Under the pieces are notes generated by a model, which was not told the DNA's origin, did no database searches, and saw nothing but the letters and a program-made list of their open reading frames with translations. A DNA stretch of 16,631 nt from a candidate division WOR-3 bacterium (lineage in GTDB: Bacteria > Hydrothermota > Tepidihabitantia > Tepidihabitantales > JAOUPE01), in the NCBI GenBank assembly GCA_039801565.1, contig JBDRUX010000053.1, positions 1 to 16,631 of the forward strand, written 5' to 3'. Positions 1 to 9,100 of this stretch are shown here, piece by piece; position 1 is the stretch's first letter; each line of letters opens with the position of its first letter. Position numbers and translations under genes: made by a program.

Positions 1-497
1 GACCAAGTATTGGTTGCAATATCGTAACAGGCATTTTCATTTATCGCTGAGCACTCGTTATTATAGCCGCCAACAACATAAATCTTTCTGCGGACGATAG
101 CACCCTGAATCCAGGCTTTAGCGGTTGGCATCAGTGCTTTATCAATCCAGGTATCATTAATTGGGTCATATTCCTGACAGAGGTCAACATTAGAACCTGC
201 CTGTCCTGTAGGTGTTCCACCAAACATATAAATCATATCACCGATTGGATCATAAACCACACCGTGGGCTAATCGGTCTGGAGTATTTGTTGGTCTCGCA
301 ATATATGTCCAGATTGAATCGGATTGAGGAGAATTGGTCGGTTGGGACAAATCATTTTCGCTATAGGCTTGAGTGAAGATAGCCGAGGTCGTAAAATCCG
401 AGACAGCTGTCTTTTTATCAAATGTAAAGGAATTAAGAGTATTTAAGAAAATTGCTGGCATTAGCAAAAAGAAGGATAAACTACTCTTATTCTTCAT
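1..497 (-). CDS. Secreted Kelch-repeat (beta-propeller) protein, 5' part; runs off the left edge
   Basis: Hand translation from ATG 497 (SD GAGGGAG upstream): MKNKSSLSFFLLMPAIFLNTLNS...IYMFGG...QEYDPINDTW...MPTAKAW...KIYVVGGY...CYDIATNTW. Kelch GG...YD..W pattern occurs twice after a hydrophobic N-terminus. No stop before the window edge, so it is absent from the ORF track. Confidence 0.85.
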   Translation of the reverse strand, partial: MKNKSSLSFFLLMPAIFLNTLNSFTFDKKTAVSDFTTSAIFTQAYSENDLSQPTNSPQSDSIWTYIARPTNTPDRLAHGVVYDPIGDMIYMFGGTPTGQAGSNVDLCQEYDPINDTWIDKALMPTAKAWIQGAIVRRKIYVVGGYNNECSAINENACYDIATNTW

Positions 498-514
498 ACT
501 CCCTCTTTAATTCA

Positions 515-542
515 ATTGTAACTTCAGTTTAAGATTTGTCAA
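515..542 (-). promoter_or_regulatory. sigma70-type promoter of the Kelch gene (TTGACA-N16-TACAAT)
   Basis: Near-consensus -35 (542-537) and -10 (520-515), 17 nt upstream of the ATG. Confidence 0.7.
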
Positions 543-552
543 TAGTTTATCG

Positions 553-633
553 TTTTCGTCAGGGACAGGATATCTATCCAGCCCCAATTTTTAGGTTAAT
601 AAGCATCTTAAACCGGTCTGACATTCGATAAGA
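553..633. repeat. Degenerate intergenic repeat, copy A (similar to 8932-9003)
   Basis: Shares TTTTCGTCAGG-N-ACA-N3-TATC ... TAA-N-CATCTT ... TTC-N-ATAAGA with copy B in the same orientation. Confidence 0.5.
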
Positions 634-834
634 ATTAACCAATATATTATTTGTGGTAAAGGTAAGTTTAAACAGGAATTGGGAACAGGTACAGAAATTC
701 ACCAACACCATAAAATAGACTGACAATCACAATCATACTCAACCCACCCAACTTTTCTTAGCTTCTCCCCTATCGCTTTTTTACCAATTTTAATCTATCA
801 TCACTATCTTCTTTTCCGCCTTAAAACTATCTTC

Positions 835-862
835 TTGACTTTTCGAAAAATTAGGTTACTCT
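835..862 (+). promoter_or_regulatory. Probable sigma70 promoter of mgtE (TTGACT-N16-TACTCT)
   Basis: -35 at 835-840, -10 at 857-862; SD AAGGGAG precedes ATG 935. Confidence 0.45.
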
Positions 863-934
863 ACCCACATCGAATATTTACTTTAATACTTGCCGTAAAA
901 AATAAAGAATATAAATCTTCTTGAAGGGAGTAAT

Positions 935-2323
935 ATGAATGAGAAAAAGAGAAATATTCCAGCCATTGTCCAATTACTTCGGCCCGAAATCTTAGAACTT
1001 ATTAAAGAAAAAAAATGGGAAGTAATTAAGGATGTAGTATCTAACTGGTATCCTCAAGATATTGGGATATTACTTGAAGAACTTAAACCTGAAGAAGCCG
1101 TGATTCTGATTCGTTTGTTTCCCAAAGAATTACAATCTGCCGTATTTTCTAAACTGGACCTGGATACCCAGAAGCATATCCTTGCTGCGCTTAGTAATGA
1201 ACAAGTGAGTTTGATTATCACCGAATTAAATCCTGATGACCGAACTGCATTGTTTGAGGAACTGGCACCGGATGTATTGCGTCGGCTAATCGACTTACTT
1301 CCTGTCGAAACTAGAAAACAATCGCTTTCTTTATTGGGTTATCCCAAGGATAGTGTTGGTCGGCTAATGACCCCAGAGTATGTTACGGTCCAACCGCAAA
1401 TGACAATTAAACAAGCGATTGAACATATCCGTAAGGTCGGAATTGATGCCGAGACGATAAATATGATTTATGTCGTTGATGATAAATGGCAGTTAGTTGA
1501 TGACATCTCATTAAGAAAGTTAATCCTTGCCGAGCCCGAACAAAAAATTGAGTCCATTATGGATAATAAATTTATTTCAATCAACGCTAATGCTGACCGT
1601 GAGGAAGCGGTCAAGCTAATGAAACAATACGATTTGATTGCCCTGCCGGTTACAGATAAAGAAGGTTATCTTTTAGGCATTGTCACGATTGATGATGTTG
1701 TAGATGTGATGGAAGAAGAACAGACCGAGGATTTCACTAAATTGGTGGCAATCGAATCCGCGCCAATTGGTCTAAATATTATTACGAAAATTAAAGAAGT
1801 GCCAATTAAGAAGCTCTATCGCAGCCGAGTCTTTTGGTTACTTGCCTTACTTTTAATGGATTTAATTACCGGCGGGGTCATTAAACATTTTGAGGCAACA
1901 ATTGCCAAGTATGTTATTTTGGTAACTTTTTTGCCGGTGCTGGTTGATACTGCTGGTAATGCCGGGGCTCAATCGGCAACTTTGGTTATTCGGGCAATGG
2001 CATTGGGTACAGTAAAGATGAGGGATTGGATTTATCTTTTAGGTCGAGAACTGGTGGTGGCACTGGCACTGGGCATTACAATGGGCATCGGAATTTCCTT
2101 TATGGGTTTTATTCGGGGCGGTAGTTTTCGAATTGCCCAGGTTGTTATATTGGCAATGGTAATCAATGTGATTGTTGGCTGCATCATTGGCGTTTTGTTA
2201 CCCTTTATCTTCACAAAACTTCGGCGTGACCCAGCAACCGCTTCAACGCCGCTAATCACCACCCTTGCCGATATTATTGGAACTGCAATTTATTTGGGGA
2301 TGGCTTATCTAATTTTGGGCTGA
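935..2323 (+). CDS. mgtE: Magnesium transporter MgtE
   Basis: MgtE N-domain, GYPKDSVGRLMT followed by a CBS pair, and a five-TM domain with GNAGAQ and DPATASTPLITTLAD (conserved pore Asp). Confidence 0.97.
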   Translation: MNEKKRNIPAIVQLLRPEILELIKEKKWEVIKDVVSNWYPQDIGILLEELKPEEAVILIRLFPKELQSAVFSKLDLDTQKHILAALSNEQVSLIITELNPDDRTALFEELAPDVLRRLIDLLPVETRKQSLSLLGYPKDSVGRLMTPEYVTVQPQMTIKQAIEHIRKVGIDAETINMIYVVDDKWQLVDDISLRKLILAEPEQKIESIMDNKFISINANADREEAVKLMKQYDLIALPVTDKEGYLLGIVTIDDVVDVMEEEQTEDFTKLVAIESAPIGLNIITKIKEVPIKKLYRSRVFWLLALLLMDLITGGVIKHFEATIAKYVILVTFLPVLVDTAGNAGAQSATLVIRAMALGTVKMRDWIYLLGRELVVALALGITMGIGISFMGFIRGGSFRIAQVVILAMVINVIVGCIIGVLLPFIFTKLRRDPATASTPLITTLADIIGTAIYLGMAYLILG

Positions 2324-2325
2324 AA

Positions 2326-3396
2326 TTAAAACCGAAAAATTAAGGCGCCGGCAACCGTTAAAATTGCTGCGGTGAACATTACTGCTGGATAACCTAAGGT
2401 TCCGGTCAAACCACCTAATAACGGTCCAATAATCCCAGCCAGACTACTTATTGAATTGAAGACCCCAACCGCAGTTGAGCGTTCTTCATTATGTTCCATT
2501 AAATATTTCAGTGAGCCAAGATAAAGACAGGACCAAGAAAATGCTAATAGAATTTGAAATGGCAAAATTTGCCAGTAACTTTGACACAAGCCAAAAATAA
2601 TAAAGGTGGCTGTGGAAAAGTATAGCCCGAATTGAATTAACCGCGTACTGCGGATTCGTTCCAAATGGGGCATAAAGAAGAATTGACCAAAGGCATTGAT
2701 ACTATAGATTATGCCAATCCATAATTTACTGGCACCGAGATGGGCAAGAAATAAAGGAAAGATTGCCCAAATCCCAAATGCCCCGGCATGGCGTAAAAAG
2801 AAAGATAAATAAACTCGCCAGTTGCGTTTAATAATCTGCCAATGGAAAAAAGGTTGTTCGATATGCCTTTGCGTCGGTTTTAAAAAAATTAGGGCGAAGA
2901 GGAATGAACCGAAATAAAGAAGCGCTGAATAAGTGAATAATTTTTGATAATCGCCAATTAAGCCGGCAAAGATTGCACCAACGCCCCAACCTAAAGACCC
3001 AAGGCCAGTAAATAAACCCAATTTGCTATTTTGTTCATAAACATAAGCAATAATTGCTGCTGGAAAGATTCCTACGGCCAAACCAGCTAAACTGCGAATT
3101 AAAAAAAGTGTTGGTAGATTTTTTGCCCAACGGTGAGCATAGAAGATAATCGCTGCCAGAATTAGACCTAAGACCACAAACCGTTTCCTGCCCTTTAGAT
3201 CCGACCAACGACCAAAAAGGGCTGATGATAGAAAAATCATACCCTGGTATGTGGCAACTAAAACTCCTACCGTCGAAGGATTTGCCCCATAAGATTGGGC
3301 GATGAGCGGGATGAAAATTAAGACCAAAACTACCGCGCAACTACTGGCAAATTGGATGATATAAGGGCTTAACAAGTTCGAACTCGTAAAAAACAC
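2326..3396 (-). CDS. MFS transporter (DHA1/TetA-like); start uncertain
   Basis: Many hydrophobic helices, MFS motif A (GRWSDLKGRK), RSLAG in TM4, and GIIGPLLGG near the C-terminus. GTG start has no SD. Confidence 0.9.
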   Translation of the reverse strand: MFFTSSNLLSPYIIQFASSCAVVLVLIFIPLIAQSYGANPSTVGVLVATYQGMIFLSSALFGRWSDLKGRKRFVVLGLILAAIIFYAHRWAKNLPTLFLIRSLAGLAVGIFPAAIIAYVYEQNSKLGLFTGLGSLGWGVGAIFAGLIGDYQKLFTYSALLYFGSFLFALIFLKPTQRHIEQPFFHWQIIKRNWRVYLSFFLRHAGAFGIWAIFPLFLAHLGASKLWIGIIYSINAFGQFFFMPHLERIRSTRLIQFGLYFSTATFIIFGLCQSYWQILPFQILLAFSWSCLYLGSLKYLMEHNEERSTAVGVFNSISSLAGIIGPLLGGLTGTLGYPAVMFTAAILTVAGALIFRF

Positions 3397-3401
3397 AAAA
3401 C

Positions 3402-3413
3402 GGTCAATTGACC
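3402..3413. promoter_or_regulatory. Perfect 12-bp palindrome GGTCAATTGACC in the MFS leader (possible operator or RNA hairpin)
   Basis: Exact inverted repeat 5 nt upstream of the MFS GTG. Confidence 0.35.
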
Positions 3414-3456
3414 CTTGGCGTTTCGGTTTAGTAACTTAATCATAACCAATTTTTTA

Positions 3457-3484
3457 ATAATACTGGCAAAATCCTTTAAGTCAA
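3457..3484 (-). promoter_or_regulatory. sigma70 promoter of the MFS gene (TTGACT-N16-TATTAT)
   Basis: -35 at 3484-3479, -10 at 3462-3457. Confidence 0.6.
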
Positions 3485-3512
3485 ATGTTTTTCCATTTGA
3501 TGATTTACCCGC

Positions 3513-3540
3513 TTGACGAAAGCCTTTCTCTCGATAATAT
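3513..3540 (+). promoter_or_regulatory. sigma70 promoter of the prfA operon (TTGACG-N16-TAATAT)
   Basis: -35 at 3513-3518, -10 at 3535-3540; ATG follows 12 nt later with no SD. Confidence 0.55.
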
Positions 3541-3552
3541 TTAGATAAATAA

Positions 3553-4626
3553 ATGATTGCTTTAACCAGATTAGCCAAGAAAATTGAACCCTTAAGGGCA
3601 CGTAGTCAAGAGTTGGAGCAAATGCTGGCTGACCCCAAAGTCATCAGTAATCCACCCGAAGTGCAGCGATTGAGTAAGGAATATAAAGAGGTAACTTCGC
3701 TACTTAAAAATTTTTCGGAATTACAGAGGATTGCTGATGAAATTACGAAAACCAAAGAAGTTATCACCAAGACGAACGATGTTGAGTTGAAAGAACTGGC
3801 AGAAAATGAACTTAACATTTTAGAAAATCGCTATCGGGATTTGCAAAATGAACTAATAGCTGCTTTCTTTCCTACCACCCCCGATGATGCCAAAAACTGT
3901 ATTGTCGAAATTCGGGCGGCGGCGGGTGGGGAAGAATCGGCTCTTTTCGCCCAAGATTTATTCCGAATGTATTTGAAATTTAGCGAAAATAAAGGATGGA
4001 AAACTGAACTCCTTTCTTCCCACCCGAGTGCTAAGGGTGGATTTAAAGAGGTGATATTTTTAGTAGAGGGCAAAAATCCTTATCGCTATTTTCGTTTTGA
4101 GAGCGGGGTTCATCGGGTCCAACGCATCCCAATTACCGAAGCTTCAGGCAGAATTCATACCTCAACTGCAACTGTTGCAGTCTTACCTGAAGCTAGTGAA
4201 ATTGATTTAGTCATTGACCCAAAGGACCTACGAATTGATGTCTTCCGTGCCTCAGGTCATGGTGGTCAACATGTTAATGTGACCGATTCGGCGGTCCGAA
4301 TAACCCATCTGCCCACTGGCATTACTGTCTCTTGTCAGGATGAACGAAGTCAATATAAGAATAAGAACAAGGCGATGAAAATCTTGCGGGCAAGACTATT
4401 AGAGGCGAAACGAAAAGAAGAAGCAGAACGCACCGCTTCGCAGCGCCGAAGTCAAGTCGGAACTGGTGAACGGTCAGAAAAAATCCGAACTTATAACTTT
4501 CCCCAAAACCGAGTCACCGACCACCGCATTAATCTTACATTATATAACCTTAGTGAAGTCCTTGATGGCAAACTTGAGCCCATTCTTGAGGCTTTATTAG
4601 AAAACGAATTGGAAACTAAATTATGA
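3553..4626 (+). CDS. prfA: Peptide chain release factor 1
   Basis: GGQ motif (RASGHGGQHVN), RF1-specific PxT (RIPITE), ESGVHRVQR and IRTYNFPQNRVTDHR. Confidence 0.98.
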   Translation: MIALTRLAKKIEPLRARSQELEQMLADPKVISNPPEVQRLSKEYKEVTSLLKNFSELQRIADEITKTKEVITKTNDVELKELAENELNILENRYRDLQNELIAAFFPTTPDDAKNCIVEIRAAAGGEESALFAQDLFRMYLKFSENKGWKTELLSSHPSAKGGFKEVIFLVEGKNPYRYFRFESGVHRVQRIPITEASGRIHTSTATVAVLPEASEIDLVIDPKDLRIDVFRASGHGGQHVNVTDSAVRITHLPTGITVSCQDERSQYKNKNKAMKILRARLLEAKRKEEAERTASQRRSQVGTGERSEKIRTYNFPQNRVTDHRINLTLYNLSEVLDGKLEPILEALLENELETKL

Positions 4627-5459
4627 AAACCGCTTGCGCGCTAATTAAAGATGCAATCCAAGAACTTCCCCAGAATGAAATTGAAACAATCTTAGTTAAC
4701 CTATTGCACAAGCAACGCTATGAACTTTATCTAACCGACATAATTGTACCCGAGCCGATTGAGCAAAAATTTCATTGGATTGTGCAAGAAAGGAAGAAAG
4801 GCAAACCTTTGCAATATTTGCTAAATTCAGCCCCGTTTTTAGAATTTGAGTTGTATTTGGAGGAAGGGGTCTTCATCCCTCGTCCTGAGACCGAAGAGTT
4901 AGTGATTAAGACCGCTAACCGATTAAAACTACCCGATTTAATCTTGGAACTCGGAACTGGCTCGGGTGCGATTGCTATTGCTTTGGCTTCGTTTTTCCCA
5001 AAAGCAAAAATAATTGCCACTGATATTGACCCAAAAGCATTAGCCATTGCTAAAATTAATATTGAAAAATATAAGTTAGTTGATAGAATATCTCTTATCG
5101 AAGCGGATCTTCTTGATTTGCTAAATTCCGAAAATGACTTCGGGCAAGTTGATTGCTTGATTTCTAATCCCCCTTATATTGATACGAAGGCAATCGCTTG
5201 GCTTGATAAGACAGTTAAAGACTATGAGCCTCGTTTAAGTCTTGATGGCGGTCCGAACGGCTTTGCTCTAATCCGAGCAATCATCGTGCAGGGCAGAAAA
5301 TTTTTACGCCCCAATGGTTTAATCGCCTTAGAAATCGACCCAAATCAGAAGGAGTTGATTTTAGAATTAATACCTTGGGCTGAATTCGAATCCGATCTCT
5401 CTGGTAAGACCCGATTCTGTTTTATCTCTTATAAAGATGAAAATTACTATAATTGCTAA
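4623..5459 (+). CDS. prmC: Release factor glutamine N5-methyltransferase (HemK/PrmC)
   Basis: FIPRPETE, SAM-binding ELGTGSGAI and SNPPY; ATGA overlap with prfA (canonical synteny). Confidence 0.96.
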   Translation: MKTACALIKDAIQELPQNEIETILVNLLHKQRYELYLTDIIVPEPIEQKFHWIVQERKKGKPLQYLLNSAPFLEFELYLEEGVFIPRPETEELVIKTANRLKLPDLILELGTGSGAIAIALASFFPKAKIIATDIDPKALAIAKINIEKYKLVDRISLIEADLLDLLNSENDFGQVDCLISNPPYIDTKAIAWLDKTVKDYEPRLSLDGGPNGFALIRAIIVQGRKFLRPNGLIALEIDPNQKELILELIPWAEFESDLSGKTRFCFISYKDENYYNC

Positions 5460-6291
5460 TCTAAAAAAAGAGTCAGCGCTTAAGACAATCAGCCAAATTA
5501 TCAGTTATCTGGAAATAAAAGGAATTGAGCCTTTGTTGGAAGTTGAGACCGCTGAGCTTTTAAAATGTCGCCACCAAGGAATTACGGATGAGGCATTGAT
5601 TGATTCCGCTGAATTGGTAATTGCCTTAGGTGGTGATGGTACACTACTGCGCGCTGCCCGAATGGTTGGTCCAAAAGCGAAACCGATTCTGGGGATAAAT
5701 CTCGGTGGGTTGGGTTTCCTTACCGAATTTTCCAGTGACCAATTTCGAGAAGCTCTGGATGATTTTTTAACGGGCAATTATCGCGAGGAGTTACGAATGG
5801 TTCTGGCGATAACATTTCAAACCGAAACTTTCTTTGCCTTAAATGATTGTTCAATCAATATGGGGGCTTCTTGTCGAGTGATTGAATTAATAATCTATTC
5901 GGATTCTAATTATCTCACTCGGATTGTTGCCGATGGCGTTGTGATTGCTACGCCAACTGGTTCGACCGCTTATTCTTTAGCCGCGGGTGGCCCAATCGTC
6001 TTTCCAACAATGGAAGCAATTTTAATTACTCCGCTTTGTCCCCATGCGTTAGCAGCCCGTCCCTTGGTCCTACCAGCAACGGAAACCTTAACGGTTGAAC
6101 TTGACCACAAGAGTGAGCCGGCAATTCTGATTGTGGACGGTCAAAAACGATTGAATTTCAATCCTAATGCGAAGGTTATAATTAAAAAGGCCGAACACAA
6201 GATTCGGCTGATTGCCCCTAAAAACAAATCTTATTACGAAATTCTCCGTTCAAAAATGAAATGGAGCGGCAAACCAACCGAGCCCTTTTAG
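5437..6291 (+). CDS. nadK: NAD(+) kinase
   Basis: GGDGT, GINLGGLGFL, LND and DGVVIATPTGSTAYSLAAGGP; canonical nadK-recN order. Confidence 0.97.
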   Translation: MKITIIANLKKESALKTISQIISYLEIKGIEPLLEVETAELLKCRHQGITDEALIDSAELVIALGGDGTLLRAARMVGPKAKPILGINLGGLGFLTEFSSDQFREALDDFLTGNYREELRMVLAITFQTETFFALNDCSINMGASCRVIELIIYSDSNYLTRIVADGVVIATPTGSTAYSLAAGGPIVFPTMEAILITPLCPHALAARPLVLPATETLTVELDHKSEPAILIVDGQKRLNFNPNAKVIIKKAEHKIRLIAPKNKSYYEILRSKMKWSGKPTEPF

Positions 6292-7998
6292 ATGCTATCC
6301 CAACTCCGAATCAAAAATTTCGCTCTGATTGACGACTTAACGATTGAATACGAACCGGGTTTGAATGTCTTGACCGGCGAAACCGGAGCTGGCAAATCAA
6401 TTGTGCTTGGTGCCCTTTCTCTTCTACTTGGCGAACGGGTTGAACCAGAGATGATTCGAACTGGTGCTACGAGTTGTGAAGTTGAAGGTATCTTTAACTT
6501 TCATCCCGACTATTTAAATCAATTACAAAACTTGCTGCCGGCATCGGTTCAATTAAACCAAAACGAACCATTAATTATTCGTCGCAAGGTTGAAACCAAT
6601 GGTCGCAGTTATTCTTATCTCAATGATTCAAGTGTCACCACTAATACCCTTAAAAAATTGGGTGACTTTTTCGTTGACCTGCATGGTCAACATGAACACC
6701 AATCGTTGTTGAAACCGGAATTTCATCGAGAAGTCCTTGACGAATTTGCCAAACTTGACCTAAAACTAACCGAGTTGAATCAATTATTTAAAGAATACCA
6801 AGACCAAAAGGCAAAACTTAGTAACCTTAGCGAACAGATTAAAAGACGCAAGGAACGGCGCGAACTCGACGAATTTCAATATCAAGAATTGAAAGCCGCC
6901 CAATTGAAGCTTGATGAAGAGGCAGAACTTTTACAAGAGAAGACTCTTTTGGAAACCGCTGAGAAGAGATTTCGTCTTGCCCAAATAATAAAAGAAAATT
7001 TGTCTGAAACCGAAGGTTCGTTACTGGAACAACTTGATTATCTGCAAAAACAACTGGCCGAACTAGTGGAAATTGACCCTACCTTAGTTAATTATCGTGA
7101 AGAATTAAAGACGGCTCGTTCGATTCTTGATGAGTTATGGCACACAATTATCAAATACCAACAACATATCGAATTTTCGCCCCAGCGATTAGAAACCGTC
7201 AACGAACGACTCTTTTTAATCGAACGACTGAAAAAGAAATATAATCGTAATGTCGAAGGACTTTTAGCACTCCAAGATGAATTGGCAAAGAATTTAAGTT
7301 CAATTGAGATTGATGAATCCCAGATTGTGGAATTGAACCAGAATTTAGGAAAGAAAAAACAAGAACTAATCCAATTGGCCAAGATTATTTCCCAAATCCG
7401 ATATAAGGCTAAATCCGATTTCGAAGCCAAATTGCAAAAAGAGCTGTCGGAATTAGGAATGGCTCAGGCGCGCTTTATTGTCAAAATCCAACCGATTTTG
7501 GATGAAACTGGTCTTTATGAAGAAAATGGTAAAAAATATCGTTTAGACGAAAATGGCATTGATTCAGTTGAATTTCTCTTTTCCGCGAACCCCGGGGAAG
7601 AACCAAAACCCTTAAGAAAAGTTGCGTCGGGCGGCGAACTTTCCCGAATTATGCTCGCCTTAAAATCAGTAATTGCTGGCAAAATTCCAATCTTGGTCTT
7701 TGATGAGATTGACTTAGGAATTGGTGGCAAAGTTGCTGACACAGTTGGCAAAAAATTAGCTAAATTAGCCAAGAGTAGTCAGGTAATTTGTATTACCCAT
7801 CTACCCCAAATTGCTAAATACGCCTTTGCCCATTATCGGGTGAGCAAGGAGGTTAAATCCGGTCGGACCAAAACTACGATTGAGCGTCTCAACGAAGAGG
7901 AAAGAGTGAATGAGATTGCTCGGATGCTGGCTGGAGCAAAAATTAGTAAGACTACCCTAACCCATGCTCGAGAAATCCTTAAAGAAACCAAAATTTAA
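6292..7998 (+). CDS. recN: DNA repair protein RecN
   Basis: Walker A TGETGAGKS, HGQHEHQ, coiled coil, signature SGGELSR, Walker B LVFDEID and ITHLPQIA. Confidence 0.98.
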   Translation: MLSQLRIKNFALIDDLTIEYEPGLNVLTGETGAGKSIVLGALSLLLGERVEPEMIRTGATSCEVEGIFNFHPDYLNQLQNLLPASVQLNQNEPLIIRRKVETNGRSYSYLNDSSVTTNTLKKLGDFFVDLHGQHEHQSLLKPEFHREVLDEFAKLDLKLTELNQLFKEYQDQKAKLSNLSEQIKRRKERRELDEFQYQELKAAQLKLDEEAELLQEKTLLETAEKRFRLAQIIKENLSETEGSLLEQLDYLQKQLAELVEIDPTLVNYREELKTARSILDELWHTIIKYQQHIEFSPQRLETVNERLFLIERLKKKYNRNVEGLLALQDELAKNLSSIEIDESQIVELNQNLGKKKQELIQLAKIISQIRYKAKSDFEAKLQKELSELGMAQARFIVKIQPILDETGLYEENGKKYRLDENGIDSVEFLFSANPGEEPKPLRKVASGGELSRIMLALKSVIAGKIPILVFDEIDLGIGGKVADTVGKKLAKLAKSSQVICITHLPQIAKYAFAHYRVSKEVKSGRTKTTIERLNEEERVNEIARMLAGAKISKTTLTHAREILKETKI

Positions 7999-8585
7999 TG
8001 AGCGATAATAACCAAACCATTAATAAAGAAAACCGACTTGAGTTAGGTCGAGTCTTGACCATACCCAACTTCTTAAGCATCTCACGGCTCTTTCTTTTGC
8101 CATTAATTCTCCTTGCCCTTGCTACTCACCAAACAATCACCGCATTAGTTTTGATGGCAATATCTTGGGTAAGCGATGCCTTAGATGGTTATCTTGCCCG
8201 CAAGTTAAATTTGGTTTCGAATTTAGGCAAACTCCTTGACCATTTGGTAGATAAGATTTGGGTCGGCACAATTTTAGTTACTTTAGTTCTGGTGAAAGGT
8301 TTACCAATTTATCTCGCTACCGCGGTCATTATCCGTGACCTTTTAATCGTTTTGGGAGGCTCGCTGATTGCCAATATGCAAAAAAATATCTTATCTTCTA
8401 ATATATTAGGAAAAGTGGCGGGTTTCTTGTTTGCATTAATCATCGTTTTCTATACCCTTGACATAAAAAGGGTTGAATTTATGAAAAATTATCTGGAGAT
8501 ATCAGTTCTTTCCGCCGTCATATTATCATTTGTAAGCTATATTTATTTATTCTTCCGAACCATCAATCGAGCCAAAACAAACTAA
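7998..8585 (+). CDS. CDP-alcohol phosphatidyltransferase (PgsA / cardiolipin synthase-like)
   Basis: TIPNFLSISR and the signature DALDGYLARK...G..LDHLVDK; TAATG overlap with recN. Confidence 0.93.
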   Translation: MSDNNQTINKENRLELGRVLTIPNFLSISRLFLLPLILLALATHQTITALVLMAISWVSDALDGYLARKLNLVSNLGKLLDHLVDKIWVGTILVTLVLVKGLPIYLATAVIIRDLLIVLGGSLIANMQKNILSSNILGKVAGFLFALIIVFYTLDIKRVEFMKNYLEISVLSAVILSFVSYIYLFFRTINRAKTN

Positions 8586-8931
8586 CTCGGCATATCTCTA
8601 AAAAATCGCCCAATCAAAGATACAATCAAAAATAGCAATTGATTATCAAGAGTAGGAAATTCTTTTTCCGTATAAATTTAGGTATAAAATTCAAGCTTTA
8701 AACAAAATTCGGAATACCGATTCAATATAATCACCTTATCATTATTTGCATTAAAATAAATCAAGTAGAAAATAACGCCTTTCTCTAATCAACTCTCAAC
8801 TTGTAAAAGTTAAATTGCCGGAGATTATTTGAGATACCCTTTTTCTCTTCCCGAAGTTCGACTTTTGATTTTGAAAAAATTATCGACAAGACAATTTAAG
8901 TAATTATGATGCTGAAGTTAGTAAGTTAACA

Positions 8932-9003
8932 TTTTCGTCAGGAACACAGTATCCACGCTGTATTAATCTTCTGGGTGTAAACATCTTTTAATGTTCAATA
9001 AGA
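8932..9003. repeat. Degenerate intergenic repeat, copy B (similar to 553-633)
   Basis: 11-nt exact core TTTTCGTCAGG; 29/45 ungapped identity to 553-597, then two further 9/10 blocks. Confidence 0.5.
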
Positions 9004-9041
9004 CAAAATAGTGTATTTTACATAGGCTTGCATTCGAAATA

Positions 9042-9069
9042 TTGACTTGAGAGGATTAACCAATAAAAT
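9042..9069 (+). promoter_or_regulatory. sigma70 promoter of the 9101-10146 unit (TTGACT-N16-TAAAAT)
   Basis: -35 at 9042-9047, -10 at 9064-9069; SD AGGAG at 9091-9095. Confidence 0.7.
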
Positions 9070-9082
9070 TGATTGATTTCAA
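9069..9082. promoter_or_regulatory. FNR/CRP-family-like box TTGAT-N4-TTCAA over the predicted transcription start
   Basis: 9/10 match to the FNR consensus TTGAT-N4-ATCAA, in a repressor-type position; the AT-rich background lowers confidence. Confidence 0.35.
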
Positions 9083-9100
9083 AGCTAATTAGGAGTAGAT

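Noticed and set aside
661..740. Short tandem-like words (ACAGG/ACAGA, ACAATC x2) as a CRISPR array or iterons
   Set aside because: Too short and irregular; no repeat-spacer periodicity and no cas or rep gene.
543..934. M-box (ykoK) or yybP-ykoY riboswitch upstream of mgtE
   Set aside because: No recognisable conserved riboswitch motifs, and the predicted promoter leaves only a ~65-nt AT-rich leader.
3553..4626. RF2 with a programmed +1 frameshift
   Set aside because: The PxT motif and continuous ORF identify RF1; no SPF motif or internal CTT TGA frameshift.
8725..8750. Fur-box-like sequence (AATAATGATAAG on - strand)
   Set aside because: Only about 11/19 match in very AT-rich DNA, and about 300 nt from the nearest promoter.
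8586..9040. Hidden small gene or pseudogene in the intergenic gap
   Set aside because: The frames I read gave only short ORFs with no SD or recognisable motif (e.g. a 26-aa MFTPRRLIQ... on the - strand).
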